From: Felis catus
Taxonomy: Eukaryota
NCBI RefSeq assembly: GCF_018350175.1
Contig: NC_058368.1
Coordinates: 119,352,001-119,416,000, forward strand
Length of the DNA: 64,000 nucleotides
Reading direction: 5' to 3'
Shown here piece by piece: positions 49,700-61,560 of the stretch. A program made the position numbers and the translations under genes. Below the pieces are notes generated by a model, which saw nothing but the letters and a program-made list of their open reading frames with translations, had not been told where the DNA came from and ran no database searches. Within the stretch, counting starts at the first letter, position 1, and the number at the start of each line of letters is the position of its first letter.

Positions 49700-50439
49700 A
49701 AAAATCGACCCAAATGCAAAGGGGTTAGCCGTTCATTAGAAGTAAAAGGTAGTGGTAAGGAACTTAGGGATGGTATAAATCAACTCCTTCATTTGGCTTT
49801 GAGTAACCAACACCAACTCCTCAAGTGAAAATATTTCCTCTCAAGGTCACAGAGCAACAGCAAATCACAGATTCTGACCCCAGAAGCTGCTCCTTGTGGA
49901 CATTACAAGCTCCTGAATCGAGGACACTGCATCAAGGATGGCTGACTTTACTTTCTAATAACCATTCAAATATTCCTTTTCTAAAGCCCCCATCAGCAAA
50001 CACAAAAGTAAAGGGATTTCTTTGAGTCTAAAATGCTCAGGTATTATGCTTCTCCTTTACCACAAATCAAAGAGATAAAAGATTGGATGTCAGGACTTGT
50101 ACCACACAAGCCCTTTCTGAAGGGACTGAAAGATTTCATTGTATTCTCTGAAAGTTACCGATTGCGTTAAAAAAAAATGACTATTTCCCCCTTTGAATTC
50201 AAAGACTCTAGATACTTTCCCCCCTTTAATGCTAAACTGGTTTTGGATGATCCCTGCGGTAGCAATGGGAACCCCGTTTTCCAGGCACACGTGTCCCTGA
50301 GGCGGCGGGAGCTCAGTACACGATCTATCCCAGCACTTAAAACTCATCCTTCAATTACTGCCTTGAATTGTAATTAGTGATGTAGTTTATCAGCTACTAG
50401 AAGAAAGCAACTGTGCTTTATTCTTAGTGACTTCCTAAA

Positions 50440-51280
50440 CTCTTAAATCACTTCAGGCCTCTCTTCTGCTGAAAACCCTCCAAAGACTTGAAAATGAACT
50501 TCAATACAAGCACCTCATCACAGCCTACAAGGCCCTAAAATAATCCAGCCCTGCTACCCCTTCGGCCTAAGCATATATGGTTTCCCCCTTACTCACTTGG
50601 CTCCGGTCACCAAGGCCATCTTCCTCGTCCTTGAACTTGCCAAGCGCGCTCAGTGCTGTGTCTGCTGTTCCTGTCCCACATACATTCCACACCGGCAACA
50701 CTTTGCTCCCAGATCTTCAAATAATGAGTCCGTCTCACCATTAGGGGGTCAGTTCAAACATCTGCTCTGAGGTCCTCAGAGCCAGTCTGTTACATCCACC
50801 TTCTTTTTCTTTCTTCCTTTTTTCCCAAGTACAATTTACATTTATTTGTTGAGGATTCTGAACAAACATACTTCAAACACAGTGGAAGTTAAAGTGTGTC
50901 AGATAAACCACCTCTTGCCAATGGCTAACAGTGGTCCCTGAGGAGCAACCTGAACACCACCTTGAAGCTGACGTGGCTTTGGCTCTCACTGTATTTTGCC
51001 AATAGAAGTTACAAAGTCTGTCAGGTGAAGCCATTTATTGCTAACAGCTGAAGGCAATCCATGAGAAGTAACAAACAGCTGGTAGTATTTTACTTTACAG
51101 CCCGTTTCAGTAACTGACGTTATCTTGTAGATTTATTTTTTTATTTGGTTGATGGCTATCTTGCTCCTCTAGAATGTAAGCTCTATGAGAAGAGAGATCT
51201 CATTCTCATTCTGTGCACTCTTATATTCCCAACTCCTACAAGGGTACCTGGAATAGAGTAGATATTCAATGAGTAGTCAT
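50440..51280 (+). mobile_element. L2 fragment split by an unrelated insertion at about 50802-51084
   Basis: 'ctgctgaaaaccctccaa...cagcctacaaggccct...', resumes 'ttatcttgtagatttatt...ctagaatgtaagctctatga'. Confidence 0.75.
50802..51084 (-). pseudogene. Probable 5'-truncated processed retrocopy (mRNA 3'UTR end); source gene unknown
   Basis: Degenerate poly(T) 50802-50823, AATAAA (tttatt 50841-50846) 17 nt from it, unique-looking body interrupting an L2. Confidence 0.5.
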
Positions 51281-51281
51281 T

Positions 51282-51285
<4 letters not shown>

Positions 51286-51325
<40 letters not shown>
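51286..51325. repeat. (CA)n microsatellite
   Basis: About 20 units read directly. Confidence 0.95.
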
Positions 51326-51326
<1 letters not shown>

Positions 51327-51797
51327 GCACTCAGTGAGTTATACCTAGAGAGGCTAAATCACCAAGAAAGAGAGAAAATGGCCATCTGGTTCATAAATAA
51401 GATTCTGTAAATATGATGGCCTCCAAAACATGACTGACAGAAAGACAAGATATTTAGACAGTTAGCTATGGCCTTTAATACCAGTGTTGTTTTAAAGATG
51501 ATAGAAAAATTGTAGGCAGACCTTGAAGTAGTTCCTCTTTTGAAGATTTGTTGCCCCTTTACATTTGGATGTATCTATGATATGTGGCAGAAAGAGCATT
51601 GGTGTAGTTCAAAACAGCAAATAGGTTTATTCCATGTGGACCAATTTGAATTGATAGATGAGAACTGTCTGGAGGACTAAGGTAAAGGTACTCCAAGAAT
51701 AAATCCAAATTCACAACGTATGCTCTACTGTTTGGGAAGTGGCTATGTGGGTGATGATGAGTTCCAAGGCTTTCCTGTTCTGATGGATTGCCTTCTA

Positions 51798-51829
<32 letters not shown>

Positions 51830-51832
<3 letters not shown>

Positions 51833-52060
51833 GCGCCTGGGTGGCGCAGTCGGTTAAGCGTCCGACTTCAGCCAGGTCACGATCTCGCGGTCCGTGAGTT
51901 CGAGCCCCGCGTCAGGCTCTGGGCTGATGGCTCAGAGCCTGGAGCCTGTTTCCGATTCTGTGTCTCCCTCTCTCTCTGGCCCTCCCCCGTTCATGCTCTG
52001 TCTCTCTCTGTCCCAAAAATAAATAAACGTTGAAAAAAAAATTAAAAAAAAAAAAAAAAA
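51830..52060 (+). mobile_element. Young SINEC_Fc-type Can-SINE preceded by A31
   Basis: Essentially consensus sequence; pure poly(A) at 51799-51829 immediately 5'. Confidence 0.97.
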
Positions 52061-53384
52061 GCAGAGTGCTGTAGATAGGAGATCTGGGAAAGTGCCTTAA
52101 TTGAATTATGCAACCACCCAGGCTAATTAAATCAATAGGATTTTTCACTTTCTCCTTGGGGCAATAGTAAAGAAATCAACATGGCTCCACCGTTTTTAAC
52201 ATGTGACTTTGGACAGATCAGCTTCAGTTCTCTCCACTCTAAACCGACTCAAATAAGTTCAATTGAGTGCATGAGTCATTAAGGAAACAAATAAAAAGAT
52301 ACAATCAAAATCCATATAACTATGCTATACAAATGCAGCGTTCTTTGAGGGCTGCTGTATGACACTCTCTTCCTGTGTGTCCTAAATTTTCTTAGCTTTT
52401 CCTTTTTGCAACTTTGGCGTGCTACCACGTAGCCCCCTGTCTGCCCCCAGGGGTCACCTGTGTCATTTTAAAGTGGCTCTAAGCTTCAGTGCGCACATGA
52501 CAGAGGCTCTCAGATATTGCTTGATATCACCCAGGCAATGGGTCTCAGGCCTTACTTTGCAAATTTCTTGCCTCATCTGGGAACGTGTTTTGGAATGTGT
52601 CTTAGACTACAAATTGTTAGCTGAGAAGCTGAGAAATTTATTAGCTTCATTAATGCTGGGAAAGTAAACCATAGTTTCTTAGGGATTAAAGTTGTAGGCT
52701 CAAAACTCTGTGTTTTGGGAGGACCATGTGTATTTTTCTGTTCCTAAGTATGTGTATTCCTTTCATCTTCTGGACTGTGTTCAGACTTGTTACCAGTTTT
52801 CCATAAAACATTCAAAAGGAATAAAAAGAGAAGGAAGGTACTAGGGAAACAGAAACAGAGCAACGTGTTAAGAAATTCTTTAAGAAGTCTGGGAGCCACA
52901 AGGGACGGAACCAGGAGAAGGCTGTGCTGTCTGACAAAAGATGGAAAATCACCGAACCATAATAGACCTCACTTGCATTGACATGTGCTAACTGAAGTGA
53001 ACAGCTGGGATAAAGTTACCGAGCATCTGATTTCAGAGTTTGGCAGTGGACCGAACTCTTATTTGCAAAGCAGACAGCCATGACAGGATTTTACAGGTGC
53101 GACACCAAGCAGAAATGTAGTCCCCCAGCCCAGTGACTGAAGTATTGCATCAGGGCCATTACCTTTGTTAGACACTTGGCTTTTATGGAAGGACACCCAC
53201 TGGCTGTCCTTTCATATCATGCACAAGGTATTTAGTGTGAGTCCACTGCTTGATTCCCATCAGCAGAGTCAGGATTGTTACTAAGCAGCATGTTTTTGCA
53301 GGTGATAGGCTACAGAGATGCTTTGCCCACACAACCTGAAAAACAACACAGAAAAGAATTTACATAGTAGTGCTATTTCTGACA

Positions 53385-53600
53385 GCTAACATTAACTGAA
53401 CACTTACGCTGTGTCCATCACTGTGCTAAGCCCTTGCATAAGGCTTACTTGATTGAACCCTCACAGTTAACCCTATGTGGTTGGTACTATTATTTCCTCC
53501 ACTTTGCAGGTGGGGACTGAAGCTTGGAGACATGAAGTTATGTGCCCCAAGGCAGAGGTACTCAGTGACAGAGCCAGGACTCAATCCAAATGCATCCAAC
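53385..53600 (-). mobile_element. MIR
   Basis: 'gctaacattaactgaacacttac...ctgtgctaagccctt...tcctccactttgcaggtggggactgaagctt...cagagccaggactcaatcc'. Confidence 0.8.
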
Positions 53601-54249
53601 ATGCAAGCCCGGGTTATTCCCATGAGTTCCTACTGTCACCTTGATCTTAACCGAGGCTGGCCTAGAGCCTTGTGTGGAGGTTTCTGGATCCTCTTCTGCT
53701 CTGGATGGTTCACTGTTTTGCTTCAGTGGTTAACATTGTATCACATTATTCCCATTTGTCTCCAAATTTTTTCCTATGATGTTGAGGCAGCCCAAAGTTT
53801 TGTCAGCTGGTAGTTGGGCAATCAAGTATTTCAAGAGGTTCTCCTCTCTGTGGGAAGTGTGCTCTGAGGGGTAAGAAAGGTAGTGGAAGTTAGAAAAGAG
53901 AAAACACTGATTTCCACTCTTTGTCTTTGGGAGAACAAGTGCACTTGTGTGCCCAAAGGAACAGATGAGCTTCAAGGGGGGATGGTTCCATGTTCCCAGC
54001 TCTCTAAGAGGCCTGTGATTCTGGAATCTCGTGGATGTGAATGGGAAAAAAAAAATTACACGATGTTTTCACTACCCTCACTGAAATGTAGTATTTCATT
54101 CAGTTACAGAGGCAGGAAATGAATCAGAGTAGTGTTAGGTCATCCCTATGATTTTGTCATCAACAGAGTTCAGACATTCTCATACCACAGGTCAGATGCT
54201 GTAGATAGTATGGAATATCATTTATGCTGAACACTTCTTTGAAACTACG

Positions 54250-54466
54250 GCAGCCACTGGACCCACCAGATTTTGTTACTTAATGTGTATGCTGCTATAT
54301 CACAGTAAAAAATTTTTTGACTATTGTATTTAAATATAATGGATCTCCTTTGAATCTTTCTTATTAATTTTAATTTCAAAAACATTATTTTCTGTGGAAA
54401 GACATCTATGAGCTTCACTAGATGGCCAAGAGGAATGCATGGCACAAAAGAAGTTAAGGACTCCTG
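54250..54466 (+). mobile_element. hAT-Charlie-like right-end fragment (same family as 5282-5683)
   Basis: 'ttgtatttaaatataatgg...aaaaacattattt...gcttcactagatggccaagagg...catggcacaaaagaagttaaggactcctg'. Confidence 0.6.
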
Positions 54467-54494
54467 TTCCTCCTCACTCATTCAGAAGTATTTT

Positions 54495-54727
54495 CTTTTA
54501 TTTTTTTTTTTAATTTTTTTTCAACGTTTTTTATTTATTTTTGGGACAGAGAGAGACAGAGCATGAACGGGGGAGGGGCAGAGAGAGAGGGAGACACAGA
54601 ATCGGAAACAGGCTCCAGGCTCCGAGCCATCAGCCCAGAGCCTGTGGCAGGGCTCGAACTCACGGACCGCGAGATCGTGACCTGGCTGAAGTCGGACGCT
54701 TAACCGACTGCGCCACCCAGGCGCCCC
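54495..54727 (-). mobile_element. Young SINEC_Fc-type Can-SINE
   Basis: Perfect TSD attcagaagtatttt (54480-54494 / 54728-54742). Confidence 0.97.
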
Positions 54728-54899
54728 ATTCAGAAGTATTTTAAACGTATTACTTATTTAATCTGCATTTGACCACTTTAAGATGGGAATTAGTTATTCC
54801 TATTATCATTCCTCATTTTAAGAATGAGGAAACTGAGGCACCAGGCTAGTAAGGAAGTTTTCCAAGGTAAGTACAGTATTTATTAAGTGCTCATCGTGT

Positions 54900-55850
54900 A
54901 TGTACAGATTCTGTATTGCCAGCTCAGCATCACTCTTTTCCTGTTTGTATTCCCAGCACCCACAAAGCCAAGGAATGATATTGTCCCAAATCCCTTGAAA
55001 GGGAGGATTTTAGGTGAGATTCTGCTAAAGAGAGTCACCGTGCAAGATTTGGAAGGTGGATGAGACAGTGAAACTATTGTTTCCTTCAACATCAGCAGGC
55101 ACAGATGCAGGAAGTTGGTTGATCTGAGGTTTGGGGCATTTCAATGTGACTCATCCGCTTAGATGCTTCTGGGAGCTTTGGCTACTGTTTGGAGAAATGT
55201 CTATAGCTTCATGGTCTTCAGAAAGCCAACAAGGTTTTGTCTGACCTTCCTTCCCAAGTTCTTCCAAAGATTCTGTACATCAAGGTGTTCAATCCCTTCC
55301 AGTTGGAAACACCCAGAAGGGTGTCTGTCCTCACTGAACTATCTGCCTCCTATGGGCCAGGAATATCCAAGTTAACATAATAGCAGGAGATAATATGTCA
55401 GTAAGAATTCTAGTAGGAAATGGATGGGATAACTGAAGAGCATTTAACACAAGGACTGTTCATTAAGGTATGACAGAGTTTAAGGGAAACCTAGAAGGGA
55501 TGGCAAGTGCCCCAGTTGTGCAGAAGCAGGTGCTCCTACTCCCTTCCGCCCAGAAGGGATAAAGGGAGGAGGCAGCTGAGCAGCACAGAGAGACAGATAA
55601 CTAGAGTTGTAAGAGATGTTTCTCTCCAGAGTTGTGGCCCAGGCAGGAAAAGAAGCAGGGGCGTAAATATCCTAACTGTTCTCGGTCTTCCAACTCTCTT
55701 ATCTTCAGCGAATATCCACTAGATTAGCCAAAACTGGCCTGAAATTGAGGGCAGGGAAGTCTGGCTGTTACCGTGAACAGGGGTCCATTTCCTGGGGCAC
55801 AGAGTGGTGTGGGGACCGGGGATGTGGAGGGGCAAGCAGAGAGTATCCAG
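54900..55850. mobile_element. Old ERVL/MaLR-type LTR remnants (probably two)
   Basis: 'caagatttggaaggtgga', 'cagagtttaagggaaacc', 'gggcagggaagtctggctg...ggtccatttcctggggcacagag...ggaggggcaagcagagagtatccag'; family uncertain. Confidence 0.45.
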
Positions 55851-56819
55851 AATATGGGTTAAGTCTGTCTTCATGGTTTAAAGAAAGAGGAGAAATAAAC
55901 TCTGATTACATCACACTGGCATATATGAACTTTTCCTACGGTGACCAAAGTGATTCAACCCCTACTAGTATCTCAATTTATCACTACTGTAGTTTTATTA
56001 ATAAGCAACGAAACAGAAGAACTTGAAATTTTGAAATATCTCATGAAACCGTGCTGTTGGATTGTTGTGTGTAGTAACAACTGGTAAGTTCTCAATTCCA
56101 CCCAAGTAGACCATGGCTAGGCTTGTGATCAGTAAAATAGGGCATTGTCTGAAGATATTCTTGAAGGACATTTCCAACCCCAAAATCCCATCACTCTGTG
56201 AATTCTAGGGATGATTGCTCATGACTTTATGTGAAGTTCACTGCAGGAACCTACAGGCAACCAGCTGCTGTATCTGGTGGCTGTCCTGCTAGTGACTAAG
56301 GTCCAAAATATGTGGATTTTCTGAGTAAGACTGAATATAACTAGACTACAGGGATACTGGAAATAGTGATATTTTTTTCCTTCTCTAACCAGGTTCCTGA
56401 GTTTTCTTTGTACAGTACATTTCCACTGACTTTATCTAGAAAAGCACATGGAATTATAACATCTTGCCAGTTCTTGTTAAGAAGTCATGAGATGCACTAT
56501 AATTGACCCTAATCACTTTTTCCAGTGACAATTCTATTTATTCCCCCATCATCCACTGTCATCATCGTTAGCCTCCAATATCCCTAGTCCTTATTTATAC
56601 AGTGCTAAATAAAGAGATAACTAGAGCAAGAGAGACAGAGGTGAGGGCGAGTGGGGAAGAGAGATAAACACCCAATCTTTATATTATGTTTTAATGGAAT
56701 GGAAACCTTAATATTTGGCACACCTGTGTACACACACTTGTGTTTGCCTGATGTGTTGGTTTCACATATACACTTGGGGGAGTAAAGTATATGTGTTGCA
56801 CATATACTCAAATTTATTT

Positions 56820-57027
56820 TTAAATAAGCCATCCATCTTATTTATTTGTTTGTTTGTTTTAGGGAGAGGGACAGCAGGGGAGAGGAGCAGAGGCAGAAAG
56901 ACAATCTCAAGCAGCCTCCACACGCAGCACAGAGCCCCACACAGGACTTGATCCCAGGATCCTGGAATCATGACTTCAGCCAAAATCAAGAGTCAGATGC
57001 TTAACAGCCAAGCCACCCAGACGCCCC
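56820..57027 (-). mobile_element. Can-SINE
   Basis: (tttg)n tail; ends agccacccagacgcccc. Confidence 0.9.
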
Positions 57028-57334
57028 TCGAACTTCGTTAATCACATAAATTTTCTTGAGAACTACAGAAATAGGAAGACAACTGTGATAACTTTTTAAC
57101 ATTTGTTACCACATTTATTGTCTTTTATTATAATTTAGTATTTGGCCCATTGGTGCTTTGAAGACCTAACAGAGTGATACGAAGCTTTGAATAGGTGTCA
57201 AGCCATACTCCTCAATTGTGGCCACCAAGACTTCAGATGCCCTCCCAGGTCTGATGACATCATGAGGTTTCAGGGGAGAAATTATATGTAGGAGACAAAA
57301 AGCTCCAAAACTTCCAGTTTACGTCCTTCAGCTC

Positions 57335-57657
57335 ATGATACGTGCTGTTGCCTGTCTGCAGTGTTCTTCCTTAGGTCCCTGGCCTTTTCTTATCTTTTAG
57401 ATAGATCTCTGCCTAAAAATTGTTTCCTCAGAGCAGTATCCTTGGCCATAGTTTAAAGTAGCCCCCCGGGCCCTGCATAGCCCTAGCCTTGTTCTGTTTT
57501 CTTTACGTCACTATGTTCTTCTGTTATTGGGGATTCGAGTATTTCTGTTTGTCACCCTGTAGTGGAAAATGTACTCTATAAGAAAAAACACCTCATCACT
57601 TGACCTGTATCTTTAGAGCCTAGAATAGTGCCTGGCATAGATGAATGGATGAATAAA
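57335..57657 (+). mobile_element. L2 3' fragment
   Basis: 'tgctgttgcctgtctgcagtgttcttcc...gcctagaatagtgcctggcatag...gaatggatgaat'. Confidence 0.7.
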
Positions 57658-59513
57658 GGGTGGGGCAATCAAGTCAAGAAAGTGGAAGTTGCAGGCTAAA
57701 AGTGTTATATTTGTTAATTCACTTCTTCTAGAATGATGAATCTGAGCTCTTTTGAGAGGATAGCTTAAATCCCAAAGATATCCTAAATCTAATGAATATC
57801 TTAGCACATGCACATAAGGGATTAAACCATGGTGCAAACTATGTTCGCTGAGATACAGCAGTTACTTTGTGTAACATGAAAATGCTACAAGATTTGAGGA
57901 TGGGTCTCACTTCCTGCTGCACATCTCTGAAAAACAAAGAAAGAACTCATACCATTTTCTTTTCTCCAGTAGTGTTGCATCTTTCCCTTTTTAACCTTAT
58001 TCAATATATATAAATTTAAATATATAGATGATTTTCAAATAGACTTACTAAAATAAACTAACATACTCTCCAATATACTTAAAATCTCATATTATTCATT
58101 TCTCCCCTAACTCATACACTAAGATTCTTAAGTACTGGTTTTGTTTTATTTCTCTTTCTTCTTCCCTACCTCATTCATTGTTCTGACTCTTTGGTATGTG
58201 CCCCGGGCCTGAGACTGTACCACTAAATGCTGGGATGGGTGAGGGTGGGAGTGAATGCAACCCTACTGTCAATCCACATAAAGAGGGAACACTCCAGAGC
58301 ACTACATTGGCCTAGGGAGTATTTAAAGCACAAATCCAATAGATGTAGATTTGAAATGGAACTCTACCATCACTAGCTGTGCAGATTACTTGCTCTTGGG
58401 CTCCACCAGCCTCATGGACCATACTTGGTTTAACAGTCTGCTGTCCTTAAAGATGGCAGAACAGCATGGAAGTTTTTGTGTGCCTCGCATCCGTGGAATA
58501 CAGCCAGACCAACACTAAACCATCCTACACACCTAGAAAACTGATTGGGAGATTAACACAACAATCTGCACAACCCGAACCACAGAATTCAGCAGGTACA
58601 CGACACGAAGAGCTGAACTTGGGGAGCAAGAAGCCCCCCAAATATAGGGAACCACTTTTGCAGGCGGAGAGAGGATGGAGACTGGGGAGGAGGAGGGGGA
58701 GCATACGGGAAAAGCACCCCTCCCCAAAAGCAGCTGGAGAGAAAGTGGAAAATTGGAAACAGCCGCAGGGACTAAACTAAAAAGGGAGAAAGGAGAGGGT
58801 TTAAATTCCATTAAGACTGTAAACAAGGAGAGCGCAAAGGTTGCAACTCTGCAGCTCAATACCTGGCGGTGCTCTGGTGGGAAAGGCGAATCCCCAGGAA
58901 CAGAGTGGGGTCCGGGAGATTCTCAGGCCACACGGGGAAAAGCAGTTCCACTGCTGGAAGGACATTTGGTAGAGACTGTTGAAGCCACCTCGTCCCAGCA
59001 GACCCCGGAAGGCAGCCACATTCGCTGGTGCTGGGGCAAGGTTGTTGAGGGTGAACCCCGGTGCCAGACGTGTGTTGTGATTTTCCATAATCCCAGAGAC
59101 ACTACTGCTACACTGTCTCCCGAACATTTTCTGGGATGGGCTGGCGCCTGACCACAGTCTCGGGGCAACAGCAGGGTCCAGCGGGTGTTCCTGAGTACAG
59201 CCGACATTCGGCCATTGCTCATTTGGCCATACCTTGGTGAGGCCCTCCCGCAGAGGGGCGGAGCAGATCAAAGTCGCAGTCCTTCGGAAGTAAGGGGCCA
59301 GGGAAAATAGCCGCATCTGAGACAGACCTTGAGAGAGAGGTACTGCCTGGGGCCTGGTCACGGAGAGTGGACGAGAGCTGAAGACGGAGGACCGGTGCGC
59401 GACTGCTGATCTGGGAGAATAGAGTGGATAGCTGGGTGGCGTCATTTTTCAACGCTCCCGCGCATGCACATGCGCACCGATGAGCACCGCAACAATCCAC
59501 CCCAGTAGGCTAG

Positions 59514-59529
59514 CAGCGCCATCTAGGGG
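59514..59529 (-). promoter_or_regulatory. CTCF-like motif in the L1 5'UTR
   Basis: Reverse complement CCCCTAGATGGCGCTG. Confidence 0.4.
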
Positions 59530-59739
59530 AGAGTGGAGCTGTTACACTGAGCCCTGCCCACTGGGCCAACTTCCGTATTCAGGAACACAAACCTCACCCC
59601 CAGCTTAATCTATGGACTATAAAGAGCTAGATGGACTGACCTCTAGGGGAAAACAAAGCAATTTCAGTCCTACTTCAATCTATTAGCAGGTTAATCTATT
59701 CATTTTTTTTTTCTCTCTTTCTCCTTTTTGTCTTTTACA

Positions 59740-60365
59740 ATTCTTTTCTTTTTCTTGAATACAGAAAGAGAAAAAACTCATTTTTATTTTCAATTTTTAT
59801 TATAAATATCTCTTTAATTTTTATTACTATATTTTTTACTTTTGTGTAAATGTTTTCAAATTCTACTTCCATCATTTGATTTTAGTCTACTTCAGTGTAC
59901 TCACCTTTTCAAATTTTCAAACAATTTCCTTTTTTTCTTTTTCTTTTTTCTTTTTCATTTCTTTTCTTTTTCTTCAGTGCAGAAAGAGAAAAACTTCATC
60001 TTTATTTTCAATTTCTTTTAAAAATATTTTTATTTAATTTTTTTACTATATTTTTTGCTTTTATGTAAATTTTTTCGAATTCTCTGTTACTCCCATCATT
60101 TTATTTCAGTCTACTACAGTGTATTCACTTTTTTAAACTCTCAAACGATTTCTTTTTTTGTCTTTTCCTTTTTTCTTTTTCTATCTGTTTTCTATTTTTC
60201 ATTTCTTTTCTTTTTTCTTAAATACAAAAATGAAAAAATTCATGTTTCTTTTTAATTTTTATTAAAAATATTTTTATTTAATTTTTTCTACTATATTCTT
60301 TACTTTTGTGTATTTTAGTCTACTTTAGTGTATTCATTTTTTCAAATTCTCAAATGATTTCCTTT
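59740..60365. repeat. Three diverged T-rich tandem units (about 220-245 bp, third partly deleted) in the L1 5'UTR
   Basis: Anchors cagaaagagaaaaa at 59762 and 59980, caaaaatgaaaaaa at 60225; recurring 'agtctact...agtgta.tca...ttt'. Confidence 0.85.
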
Positions 60366-60574
60366 TTTTTCTCCCCCCTTTTGTTTGTTTGTTTGTTTGA
60401 TTTCTCTAATCTGTCAAACCACTTTCTACACCCAGACCAAAACACACCTAGGATCTAGCATCATCTATTTGATTTTTGTGTGTGTGTTTTTAATTTTTAA
60501 TTTTAATATTTTTTTAATTTTAATTTTTTTAATTTCAATTTTTCTACCTCATTAATTCCTTTTCTCCCTTCAAA

Positions 60575-61448
60575 ATGACAAAACGAAGGAATTCACCACA
60601 AAAGAAAGAGCACGAAGAAACGACAGCCAGGCATTTAACCAACACAGACACAAGCAAGATGTCTGAACCAGAATTTAGAATCACGATAATAAGAATACTA
60701 GTTGGAGTCGAAAATAGATTAGAATCCCTTTCTACAGAGATAAAAGAAATTAAAAAAAATAGCCAGAATGAAATGAAAAATGCTCTAACTGAGCTGCAAT
60801 CACGGATGGATGCAGTGGCGGCAAGGATGGACAAGGCAGAACAGAGAATCAGCAATATAGAGGACAAACGTATAGAGAATAATGAAGCAGAGAAAAAGAG
60901 GGAGATTAAGGCAAAAGAGCACGATTTAAGAATTAGAGAAATCAGTGACTCATTAAAAAGGAACAACATCAGAATCATAGGGGTCCCAGAGGAGGAAGAG
61001 AGAGAAATAGGGGTAGAAGGTTTATAGGAGCAAATCATAGCAGAAAACTTTCCTAACCTGGGGAAAGTCAGAGACATCAAAATCCAGGAAGCACAGAGAA
61101 CTCCCATTAGATTCAACAAAAACTGACCATCATAGTCCTATCATAGTCAAATTCACAAAATACTCAGGCAAGCAGAGAATCATGAAAGCAGCAAGGGAAA
61201 AAAAGTCCCTAACCTACAAGGGAAGACAGATCAGGAGACCTAGCCACAGAAATCTGTCAGGCCAGAAAGGAGTGGCAGGATATATTCAGTGTGCTGAATC
61301 AGAAAATTATGCAGCCAAGAATTCTTTATCCAACAAGGCTGTCATTCAAAATAGAAAGAGAGATAAAATTTTCTCAGATAAACAAAAATTAAAGGAGTTT
61401 GTGACCACTAATCCAGTCCTGCAAGAAATATTAAGGGGGACTCTCTGA
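60575..61448 (+). pseudogene. LINE-1 ORF1p (coiled-coil/RRM), disrupted
   Basis: MTKRRNSPQKKE...RIREISDSLKRNNIRIIGVPEEEE; premature TAG at 61025-61027 and later frameshifts; ends KLKEFVTTNPVLQEILRGTL*. Confidence 0.93.
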
Positions 61449-61560
61449 GGGGAGAAAAGATGAAAATATATACATATATGTATATATATGTATATGTATA
61501 TATATATATATGAAAAGCAACAAAAGATTAGAAAGGACCAGAGAACACCAACAGAAACTC

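Noticed and set aside
51050..51795. 13-bp inverted match gaaggcaatccat / atggattgccttc
   Set aside because: Length is within chance expectation; no TSD or transposon-like interior
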